Origin: an uncultured bacterium
GTDB taxonomy: Bacteria > Abyssobacteria > SURF-5
Assembly (NCBI GenBank): GCA_964510165.1
Contig: CAZEBC010000092.1
Location: 1,282 to 15,595, forward strand
Direction of reading: 5' to 3'
Length of the DNA stretch: 14,314 nucleotides
Both the position numbers and the translations under genes were made by a program. Below the pieces are notes generated by a model. It was not told the DNA's origin, searched no databases, and saw only the letters and a list, made by a program, of their open reading frames with translations. Of the stretch, positions 14,268-14,314 are shown piece by piece (position 1 is the stretch's first letter; every line of letters starts with the position of its first letter).

Positions 14268-14296
14268 ATTATATCGCACCCCGAAAATGATGTCAA
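14268..14296 (-). promoter_or_regulatory. Consensus sigma-70 promoter of the tandem ATPase genes
   Basis: Minus strand TTGACA (14296-14291), tcattttcggggtgcga (17 nt), TATAAT (14273-14268); about 40 nt upstream of the GTG start. Confidence 0.9.
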
Positions 14297-14314
14297 GCAG
14301 TATCGACGTATTCG

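Overview
Bacterial chromosomal window, moderately GC-rich, with 11 credible CDSs and no rRNA, tRNA, CRISPR array or mobile element. Left to right: a GT-C-fold membrane glycosyltransferase (+); a hybrid sensor kinase (TM-PAS-PAS-HisKA-HATPase-REC) behind a candidate sigma-54 promoter (-); a secreted protein of unknown function (+); an AlkZ/YcaQ-related winged-helix protein (-); two tandem paralogous small exported low-complexity proteins, one His/Gly/Phe-rich and one Tyr/Pro-rich (-); a classical SDR (-); a CGGC-domain protein (+); a DnaA homologue with only domains III and IV, preceded by two tandem pairs of DnaA boxes (-); and two tandem GspE/PilB ATPases behind a perfect TTGACA-N17-TATAAT promoter (-). 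The best candidates for undescribed biology are (1) the DnaA lacking domains I/II, outside the dnaA-dnaN context and co-oriented downstream of the ATPase pair, and (2) the His-rich/Tyr-Pro-rich exported pair with a shared upstream motif. All family calls come from motif recognition by eye; no database search was run.
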